A stretch of DNA of 53,087 nucleotides, filler included, from Bipalium vagum (Eukaryota): NCBI GenBank assembly GCA_037834085.1. It is 3 parts of 3 records of this genome, joined end to end, with 100 filler letters (N's around TTAATTAATTAA, not from the genome) between each part and the next. Parts side by side here need not be neighbours in the genome. Positions count along the whole stretch, not along the records: positions 1 to 16,712 come from JBBMKC010091510.1; 2 more parts are not named here. One strand, written 5' to 3'. The notes below the pieces were generated by a model. The model ran no database searches, had not been told where the DNA came from, and saw only the letters and a list, made by a program, of their open reading frames with translations. This document shows, one piece after another, positions 1 through 14,100 of this stretch. Within the stretch, counting starts at the first letter, position 1. Each line of letters opens with the position of its first letter. Made by a program: the position numbers and the translations under genes.

Positions 1-456
1 TTCTTGATCTTTAACCATCTTTAGGTAGTAATAAAACCCACCCTCCCAAATGAACAAATTGAGCTATCACGTTCAGCTTAAGAAAAATAATATTTTTGTG
101 GTTGTTTTTATATTTATTTATTGTTAATTATTTTAGGTTTCCTTATTTATTTATAGAATTTTTGTCTATTTTGCAGTGCAATTAAGAAAAAGAACTTTAA
201 ATCCATTATACTATTTAAAAAATCTTCATTTATTAATTAGAGTAATTGACAACCTTGGTGGGTTTCACAATTCGAACACTGTTTACTTATTTTACATTTT
301 GATAATATTCTTTTTCGTTATGTTTCGTTTTAACCATCTGAAAACTTGTTATCGACCAGGTTTATCAATTTTCTTAATGTTTATTGGTTGACAAATGATT
401 AATTTGTTTTATTCAGTTTATGTTAACGTTTTCAATTTTTGTTATTATTTTTTTAG

Positions 457-2073
457 ATCTACCCTATGATATGTCCAATGACCCGGCATCCAATAGCTTT
501 CTCACCGTAATGCTTGTAACTTATTATGTTGTGTTTTATCGATATATTTTTAAGTTCTGGAACAATACAGTCGTAAGTGATAACGGTCGCAAGTTTCTCC
601 ACAAGGATATTTTTATGAGAGGTTTGGGGTTTTTCGAATTGGAAATATATAATGCTTATAACACAATTTAGATAATGTATCAGGAACCCCTGAAGATCCG
701 TTAAATCAAATTTTTGTCGTTAATGAAGAACTGACTCTTTATGATAAAGAAGGCCAGCGAATTCAGTTGGTAGCGACAATTATCCGAAATCTGGCTTTTG
801 ATAAGTCTAATGGAAGGTTCTTGACTCAGAGCCATCAATGCATTCGATTTATTCTTCTTTGCTGTTATGCTTCCCATCTTGCCTTACATCATTTAGGTCT
901 GGAAATCATGTCAATGTTAAAGTTTCCAGTTCGTGGAATTTTATTAGAAACTTTCACACATCTCCTAGTTAATCTCACCCAAAGTGAAGATCGCATTGAC
1001 AGATTAAGAGGTAAGCGTTTTCATTTTATTTAGCTTTTTGAACAAATTGGTCACAATTTGCGTTCTGTACACTGGAAGGTTCAATAATGATAAGATAATT
1101 AAAGTTGATGACTTGTAACACTTAATTCGTCAGCTAATTCCTTAATCGACTTTTCTCGTGTTCATTTCAAATACATCGTTCAAATGGTCGTCACTTACGG
1201 CAGTGGTCGATTTTTCTCTTTCATTATTTTCAATGTTGAAGTCACCGGCTTTAAATCTCTGAAAATATTTTTGTATTGATCTTTCGCTTACATAATAATT
1301 ACCACATGCCTAATTAATATTTTTAGTTAGTTCTGATGCATTATGATGAAGCTTGAATTCATGAATAATGCAAAATCGAATATTTTGTTCAATTATTTCC
1401 TCGAAAATGGAAAAAGTAACACTGTAATTTCAAATTGAACTGCTTAATTTTAGAATTACATGAAAAAGCGAAATTGGCGCATCAGTTGATGTATTAAAAC
1501 AAATATTATCATAAAAATTGATTGATTAACAAATCTTTTGAAATAATAAAACTCATAAATATATCATTGGATGTGGGACAACCTGACATTTTTATTAATG
1601 TCCTTTCATATTCATATTTCAAAACCGTTTATCCTTTTACAAGATTTCGGTTTGCTAATCGAAATATTAATGCATGGGATGTGTACTTAAGACATTATGG
1701 GCGTATTGATTGATACAGTTTGTTATTTTCTGAAACGTTAACTTCTAAAAAAATGAGGTTGATAAAGAAAAATAGAAAAGAAAAATACACGTGTATGTTA
1801 GATGGAAATTTCAAATAAATTTCCAGGGGATAAATGGTAACAATATTATAACATCCGTTGTAAGTTTGTGAAAATAAAAGGACATTTAAGACTCAGTTTT
1901 ACCAGAATTCATTTGAATCGAATGGTCAGATGCTAGTTGGAGAAAGGGTATTTTTTTAGGAGGATGCGATAATTATCAAATTTAACCAGTCAAAAATTTC
2001 AATTTTAGATGACATATGTGCTAGTGACTACGCAAACTCTCAAAGATAATAGAGAAAAATAAAGGATAATATG

Positions 2074-2115
<42 letters not shown>

Positions 2116-5100
2116 TATTATTATCACTATTATTTAAGCACATGTAATCATCACTTTGTAAGAGTTAATCATCAACTAAAAAATTAGTAACCAAAATCCA
2201 CTTAATCATTAATCAGTTAACATTTCAAAGCATCGTTTTTATTTTTAAATATATTAAATAAATAAATAAATATTAAAAACCAAATATTAAATGGTAAAAG
2301 AATATAAAATATTTAGAGGAAATATAAATTTTTATGATATTTATATTAAATAATATTAGGTTGACAAGAAAGTTCGTGCGCTTTGTAATGAAGAGATAAA
2401 ATTAAGATATTTTATTGACAAAAACAATTTTAATCAATTATATGTTCACGGTTATTATTAATGATCTTTCCGCCACATTCATGGTGCATCTTAGTAAAAC
2501 ACCTGAGGTTTATTGGCAAAAAGTGTCAATTTACCCTCTGACAGACTCATCGTCATTGAATGTTTGCCTGTTAAAGGAATTCTGCAGCGACCGAAAAAAT
2601 GATAATCGGTAGGAGACAAGTCCGTTGAGTATGCAGGATGAGGCAAAACATCTAACTCAACGGGCAATAATTTGTTCTGGGTGACCAAAGATATAAGACC
2701 TTTTATCGACGAGTTGTTTACCAGTCTTGGACGCTTTTCGTGAATTGTATTGTTCACCTTTGTCAATTGGAAGCAGTACACATCGGAATTAATCGTTTGA
2801 CAAGATGATAACAGCTCGTAATAAATTACACCTTTTTATAATCACACAAAACAAAAACCTAGGTCTTCTTAGGACACTCCCTCCATTAGCGGTGATTTTG
2901 GTGGCTCACTAGGACGACTTTTTGTGGACCACATTGTCATAGACAACCCACTTTTCATCATTGATAACCAATTACTTATAGAATGGATTGTTTTCTTGCC
3001 GTTCAGCAACGAAACACATACTAGTATACGTACGCTATTCAGACATTGATTTGTGAAATAAATTCTAGATTACGCACAGTATTTTCTACCATTGTATACG
3101 ATGTATTGTTGTGATTTCCCGAACCGTGTTTATGGATTCCTTTCGATATTAGACTCAATATTGCTTGGATTAATTTGAGAAGAGTTGCCGGAGCGGGATG
3201 CATTGTTCATATCGAATTTTCTACAACTGAATGTGGTGAACCATTTTTTGACATACTCGTATTGATTATCTCCATATACTTTACATAATTTCCTAAAGCA
3301 TCCGAGACTCGATTACCTTTTTAAAATTAATATAATATTTATAAATATTATAATACTTACCTTTTTTCAAAATAAAACAACGAAATATGACGAAAATAAA
3401 ACTTTTTATCTTGCATAATGACATTTAATTATCGCGTAAAACTATCATATTATTTAAACAAAAACCGAATGATTAATTTCTGATAATTCGATTTACAAAT
3501 TCCAATATTAAAAAGCGCAGGAACTTTCTTGCCAACCAATTGATTTAAACCGAAGTAGAATGTTTTAAGGAAACATTTATTTTTTAAAAATCTCATCTTT
3601 AACATATTTTCACATAAAAACTGTTTTCTTAAAAATCAAAAGAAAAAAAAATTAATAAATTGGTTTTGGTCTGCTCGACGATTACAATGCTTTCTAAACT
3701 TATTCTTTTAAGCTGTTTTTCCTTTTTATTCTCTATAATATCTCATTTGCTATGTAGATTATATGAATATAAGTTTAATAAAATAATTTATTACTAATTA
3801 ATTATTATTATTATTAATTATTATTATGATTAATTGTTTTAAATTGATAATCTCAAAGATTAATTAAAAATCACTTAAACTCTTCACGAAAATTACAAAA
3901 ATGCGTAATTTAATATCTTCACTTAAGTCACTAATAATATTAAATTTCATACACCAATAATATTTGTTTTTATAATTTAAAGTGATAGTACAAGTTACTT
4001 AGTTCTCAATTTGAATAAGTGTTTTAACTACTGTCAATTGTCAGTAGATTTTTGTGAGTTAATTTAAACAAAAATTCAGAAAAAGAAATTAAATTAGTTA
4101 GAAATTTTCCATTAAGTAATTTTAAAAAACGTTTTTTTTCTTTAATAATTAAATAAATTAGTTAATTTTTATTATCATTAGATATTCTCTCAGAGAAGAT
4201 CACAAGAAACCTTAAAAATTGTCACCAAGCATTTCAATCAGCAAATGACATAAACCTTGAATTAAGTCTTAAAGATATTAATCGAATTAAAAAATATCAT
4301 TTACTTAATAGAATAAAACAAAAATAAATAATATATTATATTATATATTATTATATTATTTAATAATAATTGAAAGGAATTCTCATTTCGATAAATCTTT
4401 CTTTAAGGGACAATCGTTTTAGAAGAAAAAACATTTCTCTTTTTTCTCAGTAATTAACAAAATACAACCATAGGGAACTTTTAATTAAAACAAATGTATA
4501 ATTTATAACTGAAAGTCATTTGAAAATAGCCCCTCGAACATCTGTTAACACTTTAGATAATTTTATTAGAATGAATAACTTGAGTTAATTGCACTAAAAT
4601 GATTTGATTTTAATTCTAACGTACAAGATATATCGGAAAAGCATTTCCCCGTGGAAAGAAAATAAATTACACAATTTAATCTTTAAAAATAAATAAATAA
4701 CCAATAATATCTATTCAAATTAACATTTATTCAATTACATTATTGATATATTGAATTATTTTAGTATTATAATTATTTATTTTTATATTATGATATATTA
4801 ATATATTTCACTGATTTATAATTGGTTCTATAAATTTAATCATGTTTCATTGAACTACAAAAGTAAACGCCGACTTTTTAAGAACCCTTTTATTTATTTT
4901 CCGTTCAATAAATAAATGAAAGAATAATTTTTTCCGTTGCACTTTGAAATTTGTTTTTTCTTATATTTATTGTTTATCAATATTTAATTTAATTTAATAA
5001 GATTAGTTATTGATAATCAATATCCAATTAACGATGGCAGTTAGTGGATTTAAACCAATGATTAAATACCGATTTTTAAAAATATGTATGTTTACTGATC

Positions 5101-8100
5101 TCTTTTTCTGTCCATTGGTGGAAATGATGTTACAGCAATATGAAATAATGAGAAAAATAGTAATATCTTTTTTGTTCAACAAATATGAAAGAAGTGGTAG
5201 CTCGATGAGTCATGTAAGCAATCAATTTTGAGTCAAGTTTTGATTTGTTTCTGGGTTAGGTTTTTATATTTAAATTAATCAATAAAATTCGTTACAATCT
5301 GTTAAATTTTCGAATTCTTCATTACAATCAATGTTTTTGAAAATAAACTATTTGGTTGGCAACAAATATAAGTGCACAATTCTTATTTGCTTAGTATTTA
5401 TTGATTTTTACATTCATAAATGCAGCTAAAACCACATGAATATGATCAGTAAGTTAAATTTTGTTTGTGGTATTTGCAGCATCAGGACCCCAGATTTGGA
5501 CCTCACACAAATCCATTATTGGTTTTTGAGCGCGCTTAAGGCAAGCGCTTCTCATTACCAAAAACGAAAAATATACTTGAAATGGAAAAATGAATAAATG
5601 GAGAATGTTCCCGTTTTATTATTACGGTATTATTGAAGAGGTTTAAACAGAAAATATTATCCTTTCCACGAAGAATTGAGATAATGTTAAAAAAACTGAT
5701 TTTGAGAATATAATAGAGAAAAATACTTTTTTTCAATTTATGCTCTTTGTCATCAATAATATATTTTTTGTCCATTTTATTCTTCATTTACTTCTTTACT
5801 CGGTCTTGTTACAAATGGTATGTTATTTGATATGAGTTATTTAAATATTCACCATACCTAAGAGCTATTTACAATATGACAATGATTGATAAAATCAATA
5901 TGTCGCATGAACATCAACGGGGTTGATGCCGAGTTATATTATCAATAATCGTGTCGAGTGGCAGGTGCAATGGACAACAAACGATCAGAATTGAAACATA
6001 AAATTTTTTGTTTGATAATGGTATACCACGCATTCCAAACATTATTCGTGAAAAGTTTTGCACCAATTTTATTCTTCTGATCGGGCACCAAAAGATTATC
6101 ATTATATCTGGGACTTGAAGAACGTCTTGAATTTCGAAACATTCGCAAATGATAACAATTTGTAAATTTTAGTTGGAAACGTGTTTCGCATTAGACCGAT
6201 GACCTTTTATAACTAGGGCATCAGTGATCGACTTCATCGTTAGAAGTATGTGCTTCCGCATAATGGTGATTACATTAATACTTGATATATACTTCTCTCC
6301 TCCAATGCTTCACATTGTACAATGTTATAACTAAAGATTTTTTATTATTTTATTGGGAATAGTCCATTATGAATTAGTCCAACCAGGACAAAAAATAAAC
6401 CCAGTTATCTACTGTCAACAGTTGACAAGAGTACATCAGGTAATTGCAAGAAAGTGTCCCGAATTAATCAATAGGAAAGGCGTTGTGTTTTATCATGACA
6501 ACACCAGACCACATGTATCTTTCATGACGCAGCAAAAATTGAGGGATTTTGATTGGGAAATTTTCTTGCATCCTCCATATAGTCCTGATTTAGCACCGTC
6601 AGACTATCATCTTTTTCACTCATTGCAGGACTCCCTTAAAGGTGTCAAATTAAATTCAAAAGAGGATTGGGAAAACACTAATCTCTTTTTTCCCAATAAA
6701 TCAAAAAAGTTTTACAGTGACGTAATTGGCGATCAAAATGGTAATTATATAATTTAATAAAATTTTCAATTCGACTTTATTTTCTAACTTTTTTACTTAA
6801 CCAAAATCGCCGGAAACTTTTTAGACTATCCAATACTTTGTTTCGAACCAATTTTAAAACCGGGACATTAATCGGTACTTAACTAAGTCACATATTTTAT
6901 TTAATTTGACAAATACAGAGTCTGTTATCAATACATACATGTCAATTGTTTCTTATTACAGGTCTGGAAATTACCTCTTGTCTGTGTGATCCAACAATAT
7001 GCGCTGAAAATATCGAATTTTTGATTTGTCTTCCTAAATCGTTTTATACTTCATTGATTGCAACCCTTATAGTTCATGATTTACACATACTTGTTCTCGC
7101 CTTAGAAGTAATTTATGGACTATCGGAAGTGGATGCCATAATATGTCGCAAGTAGAATATCATGTTTTCTGAAAAAATCGATCATTAATATACAAAATTT
7201 AGACTAATCGACTGTTCATCAGAAACTTTGATCACTTTGTATACGTTACTTAATTTGGAAGCTCAAGTTCTGGGTACACAGAGTTTAATACGAATAAGAG
7301 TTATGCAGGGTCCAAGTACAGTTAATAGTTTTCCCAATGCCAGCAACCGATTCGGCTCCTCTACAATCAACCAAAGTCAGTCAGCCACCTCCTTGATGCC
7401 ACCTCCACCTGTTCCCCTTCACAAAGTTGCTATTTCAGCAATGTCAGTTGTAACTGGGACAAATGTAAAAATCACGAATACAACGGATTCAATGAGTGCT
7501 TTAAAATCAATTTCGAATCAAGTAATTCTCTTATTGTTTCTAATCAAATTATACAAAGGACACCTAATGCAATATTTTTCTGTTAATCAATAACCTTTTG
7601 TTAACTTCTTTATTTATCCAGAGAAACTGTTCACTCATAACAAAAAGTAATCCAGTCCTTCAACTTTCATCCAGCCCTGTTTCAGTGAGTACCACATCAG
7701 AAATGGCATCCTTAGTTTCGACAATAAGTCAATTGACTGAATCGGTTCTCATCAATTCCTGTCCAAATAAAACATTTTTGCAACCTCAAATCAATCTCAA
7801 TGTCCAGTACTCAATTCTTCCTCAGAAATTCATAACAACGAGTATTCCCAATTTCGTATCATCCACAAGTTTGGCACCAGCGAAACCTGTGGTGTCGAAT
7901 TATGCTTCGGTTATCAAAACATCATGCATATCAACACCTTTGCCGACCTTTTCAATGGATTCAACCAACAAGGATGAAACTGTAGATAGAAAGAACAATA
8001 ATTTCGACATGATCACATCGTCGACAGTCAGTCAAAACACCAGCAAATTATCAAGTACATCTGTAGTGGCCAGTTGTCCTTTGAATAAAAGCAACAATAT

Positions 8101-11100
8101 AAAGCATGTTGATTTATCAATCAAAGAGAACGAGAGCGCTCTTTCTGTGGTCAACAAACAGGATTTCGTTAAAAGCTGGCTCTTGAACAACTATATCGAA
8201 TTTCCTCAGAGCACTGTTCCGTTATTTGTCATTTACAAGCAATTACAAATCGCAGTCCAGAGCCACTTTAAGGACTCTGAAATGGTGACAGCGGAGGAAT
8301 TCCATAAATTGGTTCGGTAAATATTTAATATTTTTTCACAAAACCACTTTTTCCGTCACGTAATAGTTATGATACCAATGGAAACCGTTGTTAAATGATT
8401 TTGTTTTTGATGGATGGATTGTTTTTTAAGATTGCTGTTTCCCCAAGTTCAACTGATACAACTATTCACGCCCAGAGGAACGGTGGAGATCCACTACTAC
8501 AACTTGAAATCGAATCCAAAGAGCACCACGCTGGAATCACTGCTGGAAACACCGAAACTGAAACCAGTTCTTAACAATTCTCAAGAGAATAACATCTGTA
8601 AGATAAAAAACAATGTGCCTCATATCAATAATGCTCAATCCAATCACCTTTCCGATCCTGTTAGCAATGATCAGGTAAAACTATTTTGATGGAATTTATG
8701 TTTTTCTCTGTTACAGACGGTTTGTGTGTAACGTTTGAATTCCTTGGAATTTGTTCTTTGAAGAGAAAAAAATCTCAATTGAATATCATGTGCAGAACAT
8801 TAGAACAAGATTCCTTTTCATCTCTTAATTAAATAAACAGATAATTTAGTAAGTGCTGAGAGCGAAGCAAATGAGCAGTTCTAATTTTCTTTAATAGTGA
8901 TAAAGGAGTCCGTCGAAAGAATATCAGAGGCACTGGTTTTATTTTGTAAATGTAATTAAATTTTCAAAGCAAAGATTTTAATTATTGTTCGTGACAAAGG
9001 ATTTTACGTGAGATTTCATTTATCTTCACCCTGACCTATTTGTGAGGGTGGTGGATATTGGAAATCAATAATTCTTGACTTCTGCTCAGATGAATGTGGA
9101 AAATTTTGTGATAGTTGACAAGGAACTCCTAAATATTTTTGATAGATCGATCATTCCAAAGATCTTAATTTACTTATTTATTTATTTGTGGGTTTTAAAA
9201 TTTTTAAAGGATTATAAGGAGTACATATTACACCAGATAATAATTAAGATTCAATTAAAATTCAATAAAAAATCTGGGATCATGTTTTTTTTCCGAAATG
9301 ACTATCAAGTCTCTTTATTGACCGGTCTCAAATTTTCTCATCTTGATAATAAAGAAATCAATATTAAATTAATAAACAGCATAGTGATGGGTGTACCATC
9401 CGATGCAATTATGTTTTTAAGAGAAAAAAGTCTGTTGTTACTATCAGATAATTTATAATAATATTAAAATTAAAAATAATATTAATGATTTTACGAATTA
9501 TAAAAGATACTTTTCTACTAGAAGAAAATCCTTTTGAGAAATTCAAAATACCTCTAAAGAAATGTGTCCATTTATTACAATTTTGGGCTCTTGGCAGATC
9601 ACTAAGTCAGTTACTGAAGACACGGGCGTTTCAAAATCTGTCGTTATTAATTTCTATGCAGAAATGAGAAAAAAATGTAAGATTTTTTTCTTTGGAAAAT
9701 CCAATAAAAATGGGCGACCCCATATTCGTGCTCCTGATCATGAGTTATGGATTGTTGGTATCGTTGACGACTCCAAGAATGCAAACACATTTTTGAAGTT
9801 AGTAGGAGACAAGAAATTCCCACTTTACTACCCATTATAAGGGGCATCGTTAAGCGTGAATCCGTTATAATGAGTGCTTAATGGAGAGCATATTCCCAAC
9901 TGTCTAAAGATTAAAATTGTTTATCGAAGTATTAACCACAAGATGAGTTTTGCTGACAGGGAGACTAGTGCTCACAGGCAAAGATTTGAATCGATTTGGA
10001 GAAAACTGAAGATTAAGATCGTCTAAATAAAGACCGTCTATGGTGATCTCTTGGAAATATATAACCAAATGAATGAATATGGCACCAAAATATTCAATCA
10101 AGAAACTGCGAATCAATTTTTTATTTAATAAATTTGTAAATAGAAAATTATTTGTTTTTGTCATTTTTTGTGCTTCGTATCAAGTCTATTTTTTGACTGA
10201 GTCGATCAAAAAAACATGATCCAAAATCGTTTATTTTAAATAATATGTAATTCTCAGCAAATAATACATCGTTTTAATTAAATCAATAAATTAATAAAAT
10301 AAAGATTTGAAAATTCGATAATGTGATAATCACATTTATTTAATAATTCGATTTGTGATGTATTAATAAATAAATTATGGATTTCAAACATCTTGATTTT
10401 AAAATGATCATATTTGATAAGAAAACAAATATTGATACATAAAAGTTATCCATTTGTATGGATTTTAAGTACTATTTGTTTAAATATTGATTTAAAAATT
10501 GCGAAATTGAATCTAGAAAAATAAGTTCGTTATCTTCCAACTGCAAATTCTGGTCGAACAGGTTAATTCTCAGGTCGCCTAGGGGTTCCCAAACTCGCTG
10601 GGTCTCTTTGTAAAAATCCGACCGCATAACTGTGAATAAATCCGGCTGCGTAATCAATGGTTACTTCTGAATTTCGACTGATTATTCTGGTTCTGAGATT
10701 GATCTGTGGACTATTACGCTGGTTCTGCGGTTGATCTGTGGACTATTACGCTGGTTCTGCGGTTGATCTGTGGACTATTACGCTGGTCCTGCGGTGTATC
10801 TTTGGACTATTACTCTACTATTAATGGGAATAGCCATCTCCTTTTATAGGCGTAGAGATTGGTCTACGATCACCAATCCCTACGCTCGGAGATGGCTATT
10901 TTCCCCTAATAGCCAAGATAGTCTCCCTCCTGTCGAGGCTAATGGATTCCTGTCAGGAAATCCATTAGCCTGATTCCATGAAAAATTCCAACGGCGGGAT
11001 TTTGTCATTATAAAAATGACACAAAAAAAATTTTTTTTTCCTTAATTTTAAAATATTCTTATTAATATTATTTAAAAATTATTATTATTATTAAAAATTT

Positions 11101-14100
11101 TTTATTATTATTAATCAGAAATTATTATTATTATTAAATTTCCAAAATAATATAATTAATTTTTATTATTACTACTAATTATTATTCTTTTCAATATTAG
11201 TATAATAACTATTACCATTATTATTATCCTCATTATTATTGCTCCAAAACCCAACATTATTACTGAATTTTTCGATACTTACAAAGAGACATAAAGAACA
11301 TTGTGTATGTTATTATGACATACTACTTGCACTTTAATGAATAGGAAGTACAATCTTTTTTTAATAGAAAAATTTGAAGAGACAATCGAATGAAATTGTA
11401 AATGGTTTTCCTTCCGAGCCATCAGAATCCAACCATGTGATTTCAAAGAAACCAAGACTTGCAGATGATGGAGACCAATACAGTTCTCAGAAATCAATGA
11501 CGCCTATTGGGGAATTCAAAGAAAATCATCTCAAGAATTCAAAAGCCAATGGAATAGTAACGCTTCCTTCTATTCAGAATGATCTGAAAAATCATCTTCA
11601 ATCAGATCCTTCAGTTAAAAAAAGGTACTGTTATTTTTATATTAAACTAATGACATCGGATAGAAATAAAAATTATTTTGCTTCCAGTAACATTGAGAGA
11701 GACTTAATTTTAATAAAATAATTTTATTGATTATTGACAATCTTCATTGAGAGGGGGTTGTTAATTGAAAAGATATAAAGAGGAACTAAAAGTAATTATT
11801 TCTAAAATAATCCTGAATTAATTCTGATCAGGTTGCCTATGAGGGCGATGACGATGTCCTTGTTATAGGTCGTAATAGTTTTCAATCTTGAATTATCCTT
11901 TGGTATTATACTCTCGGAAAGAAGGATCTTAAGATGGATAATCATTAAAAAATGTTAAAAATATAATTCCGATTTAAAATTCATAATAATAACTATTCAT
12001 TCGGATTTTCTTTCTAAATCTTCGTTCCCCTTGTAAAATCTTTGTTTTCTCATTAGCGGGTTTGTATTTAAAATTGTTATTAATTATTGTTTTGATCAAG
12101 TTTTCACCGCATATCGATATTTCCATTATATTTTTTGTTGCTAAAAGTCTCTGGAACCAACATTCTCAATTTTTCTGATATTGATCTTTGGTAACCATAT
12201 ATTTTAATACAGTAAGATGCCTCTCAACTGACTTTCCTTTTGAAAGATACGGAAAAATTAAAAGGTACCAAAAATTAAACTTATTCACCTGAGATTAAAA
12301 TTTTTTCGAGAAAAGTATTTTTCCATTACATTTCACTCATTTTTACAATATCGGATACATTTGATTTAAAGCGCGCGAAAAATATTATATAAACAAATAT
12401 ATGAATATTAAAAAAAATCATTTTAAAAATAGAAATATCGTTTATTAAATCGTCATTTCTAACTTTTACCGCGAATATATCAGTTAGTTGCACTTTTCGT
12501 ATTTTAATAATGTAAATGGTATAGAATTGTGTAGTCTACTTTATCCAAAATAAGGGATGGTGACAACCATTTAAATTAATATATTTTCTATATGATTGAT
12601 TATGGACGGAGAACTTTTTTTCAATATAATGACGCTACGTTATAAAATACTTTTCACATTATTTTGAATTATGTTTCGGAATTAATGGGGTTTTCTTTAT
12701 CAATTAGCCATATCTCAAATGGGTTCATTAACGAAGATATGAAACCTGTGGAAATGAAAATAACACCGTCATCAGTTTCTCAAAATGGTTCTGAAAGTCT
12801 TGGTCATATTCCAAATGGAGATGCTGGAACTGTAATAGTTCCAAATCACAAAATTCATGTTGATATTTTGAACTCTAACGCAACACAAGTTATGATTAAA
12901 AATGAGAGCACCAATTATGTGGTAGATGATGCAAAGAATTCTTTATCAGAAGATATATCAACTCCAGACTCAACTCTGCAAAAGAAAACATATAGAAAGA
13001 CGAATTCCAATCAGTTAGGTCGTACAAGATCGAGGTTTCGGAATTGTCGCTCAGGTAACAGCGACAAACAGCGTAACTATTCCAATCATCGACCCCACAA
13101 CCTCTCTCATTTATATATATGCGAATGGGACAATTGCCTGCAAAGTTTTGATAAACCACAAAAGGTTTATGGGCATGTATATACAAATCATTTTATGACG
13201 CTTCGAACTGAAGTTCAGGTGAGATTTGACAATGTAAACAAATATATTTTTTGTGCTTAATTCAATTTTATTAGATAAAACATTGATTTTTCATAATCAC
13301 TTTTTCTTTTTAATCAATTTTTTTTGTTCTCATATATATTGGATTGTCGGTTAATTTTGTTCGGTTTTTAAGATTCTCATTTATTCTTCTCAAAAATTTT
13401 TTTTTGAACAAAAACAACAGTCAAAGTAATCAATAATATATTGATCATTATTTTTATGACTTTACTTATGATGCTCGTCAATGCCACGGCGAAAGACAGA
13501 AATCTGCAGTTGAGGGCGAGAGTAACCGAGCGAAAATCTTAGAGCGTTGATTTTTGTTTTCGCTCAAAAGATGTGAAATTCAATTACCGAATATTTTGAC
13601 CTTCTCCACCAATTTGACTCAACAGCAATTTGGTTCAATTGCTCTTCACCAAACGTTGAATATTGGTATGGTCCTAAACACCAAAATCCAAAAACACCGT
13701 TTTAGAAACTCGAAAACAAAATTGAGATGTTCTTTCCGATATAATATGAACTCAATACACACTGAAAATATGACATGCAGCTTTGGTGCCTTAAATTTTT
13801 GTTTGTAGAAAAGCAGAATGTATAGAAAGTGATCATTCTGTTCAATTTGACATTTCATTTTGAATGGCTGTTAATTACAAATTAAAACAAATGAAATTAT
13901 TAAATAGATACGCATATAGAATTAAAGATTCTCTATTGATTTCTTGTTAATCAATTGGGAAAATTATAATTTATATTTGAGCAATTTTTAATGTTAAAGA
14001 ACTGCTCGAAATTAACCGACAACCAAATAATTAAATTGTGCAAAAGAAATGGCCAGTTTTGACACGTATTTATTATATTTTTTATTAATTGAAATAAGAA

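Noticed and set aside
10687-10812. 32-bp repeats as a CRISPR array
   Set aside because: Units are head-to-tail with no spacers; eukaryotic intron context and no cas genes.
10930-11000. Hairpin junction with ctga..gaaa as a hammerhead, or a U4/telomerase RNA
   Set aside because: Lacks CUGANGA, has no snRNA-length similarity and no CUAACCCUAA-type template.
12896-13186. Antisense ORF overlapping an ARID2 exon
   Set aside because: Shadow frame of a real coding exon with no independent support.
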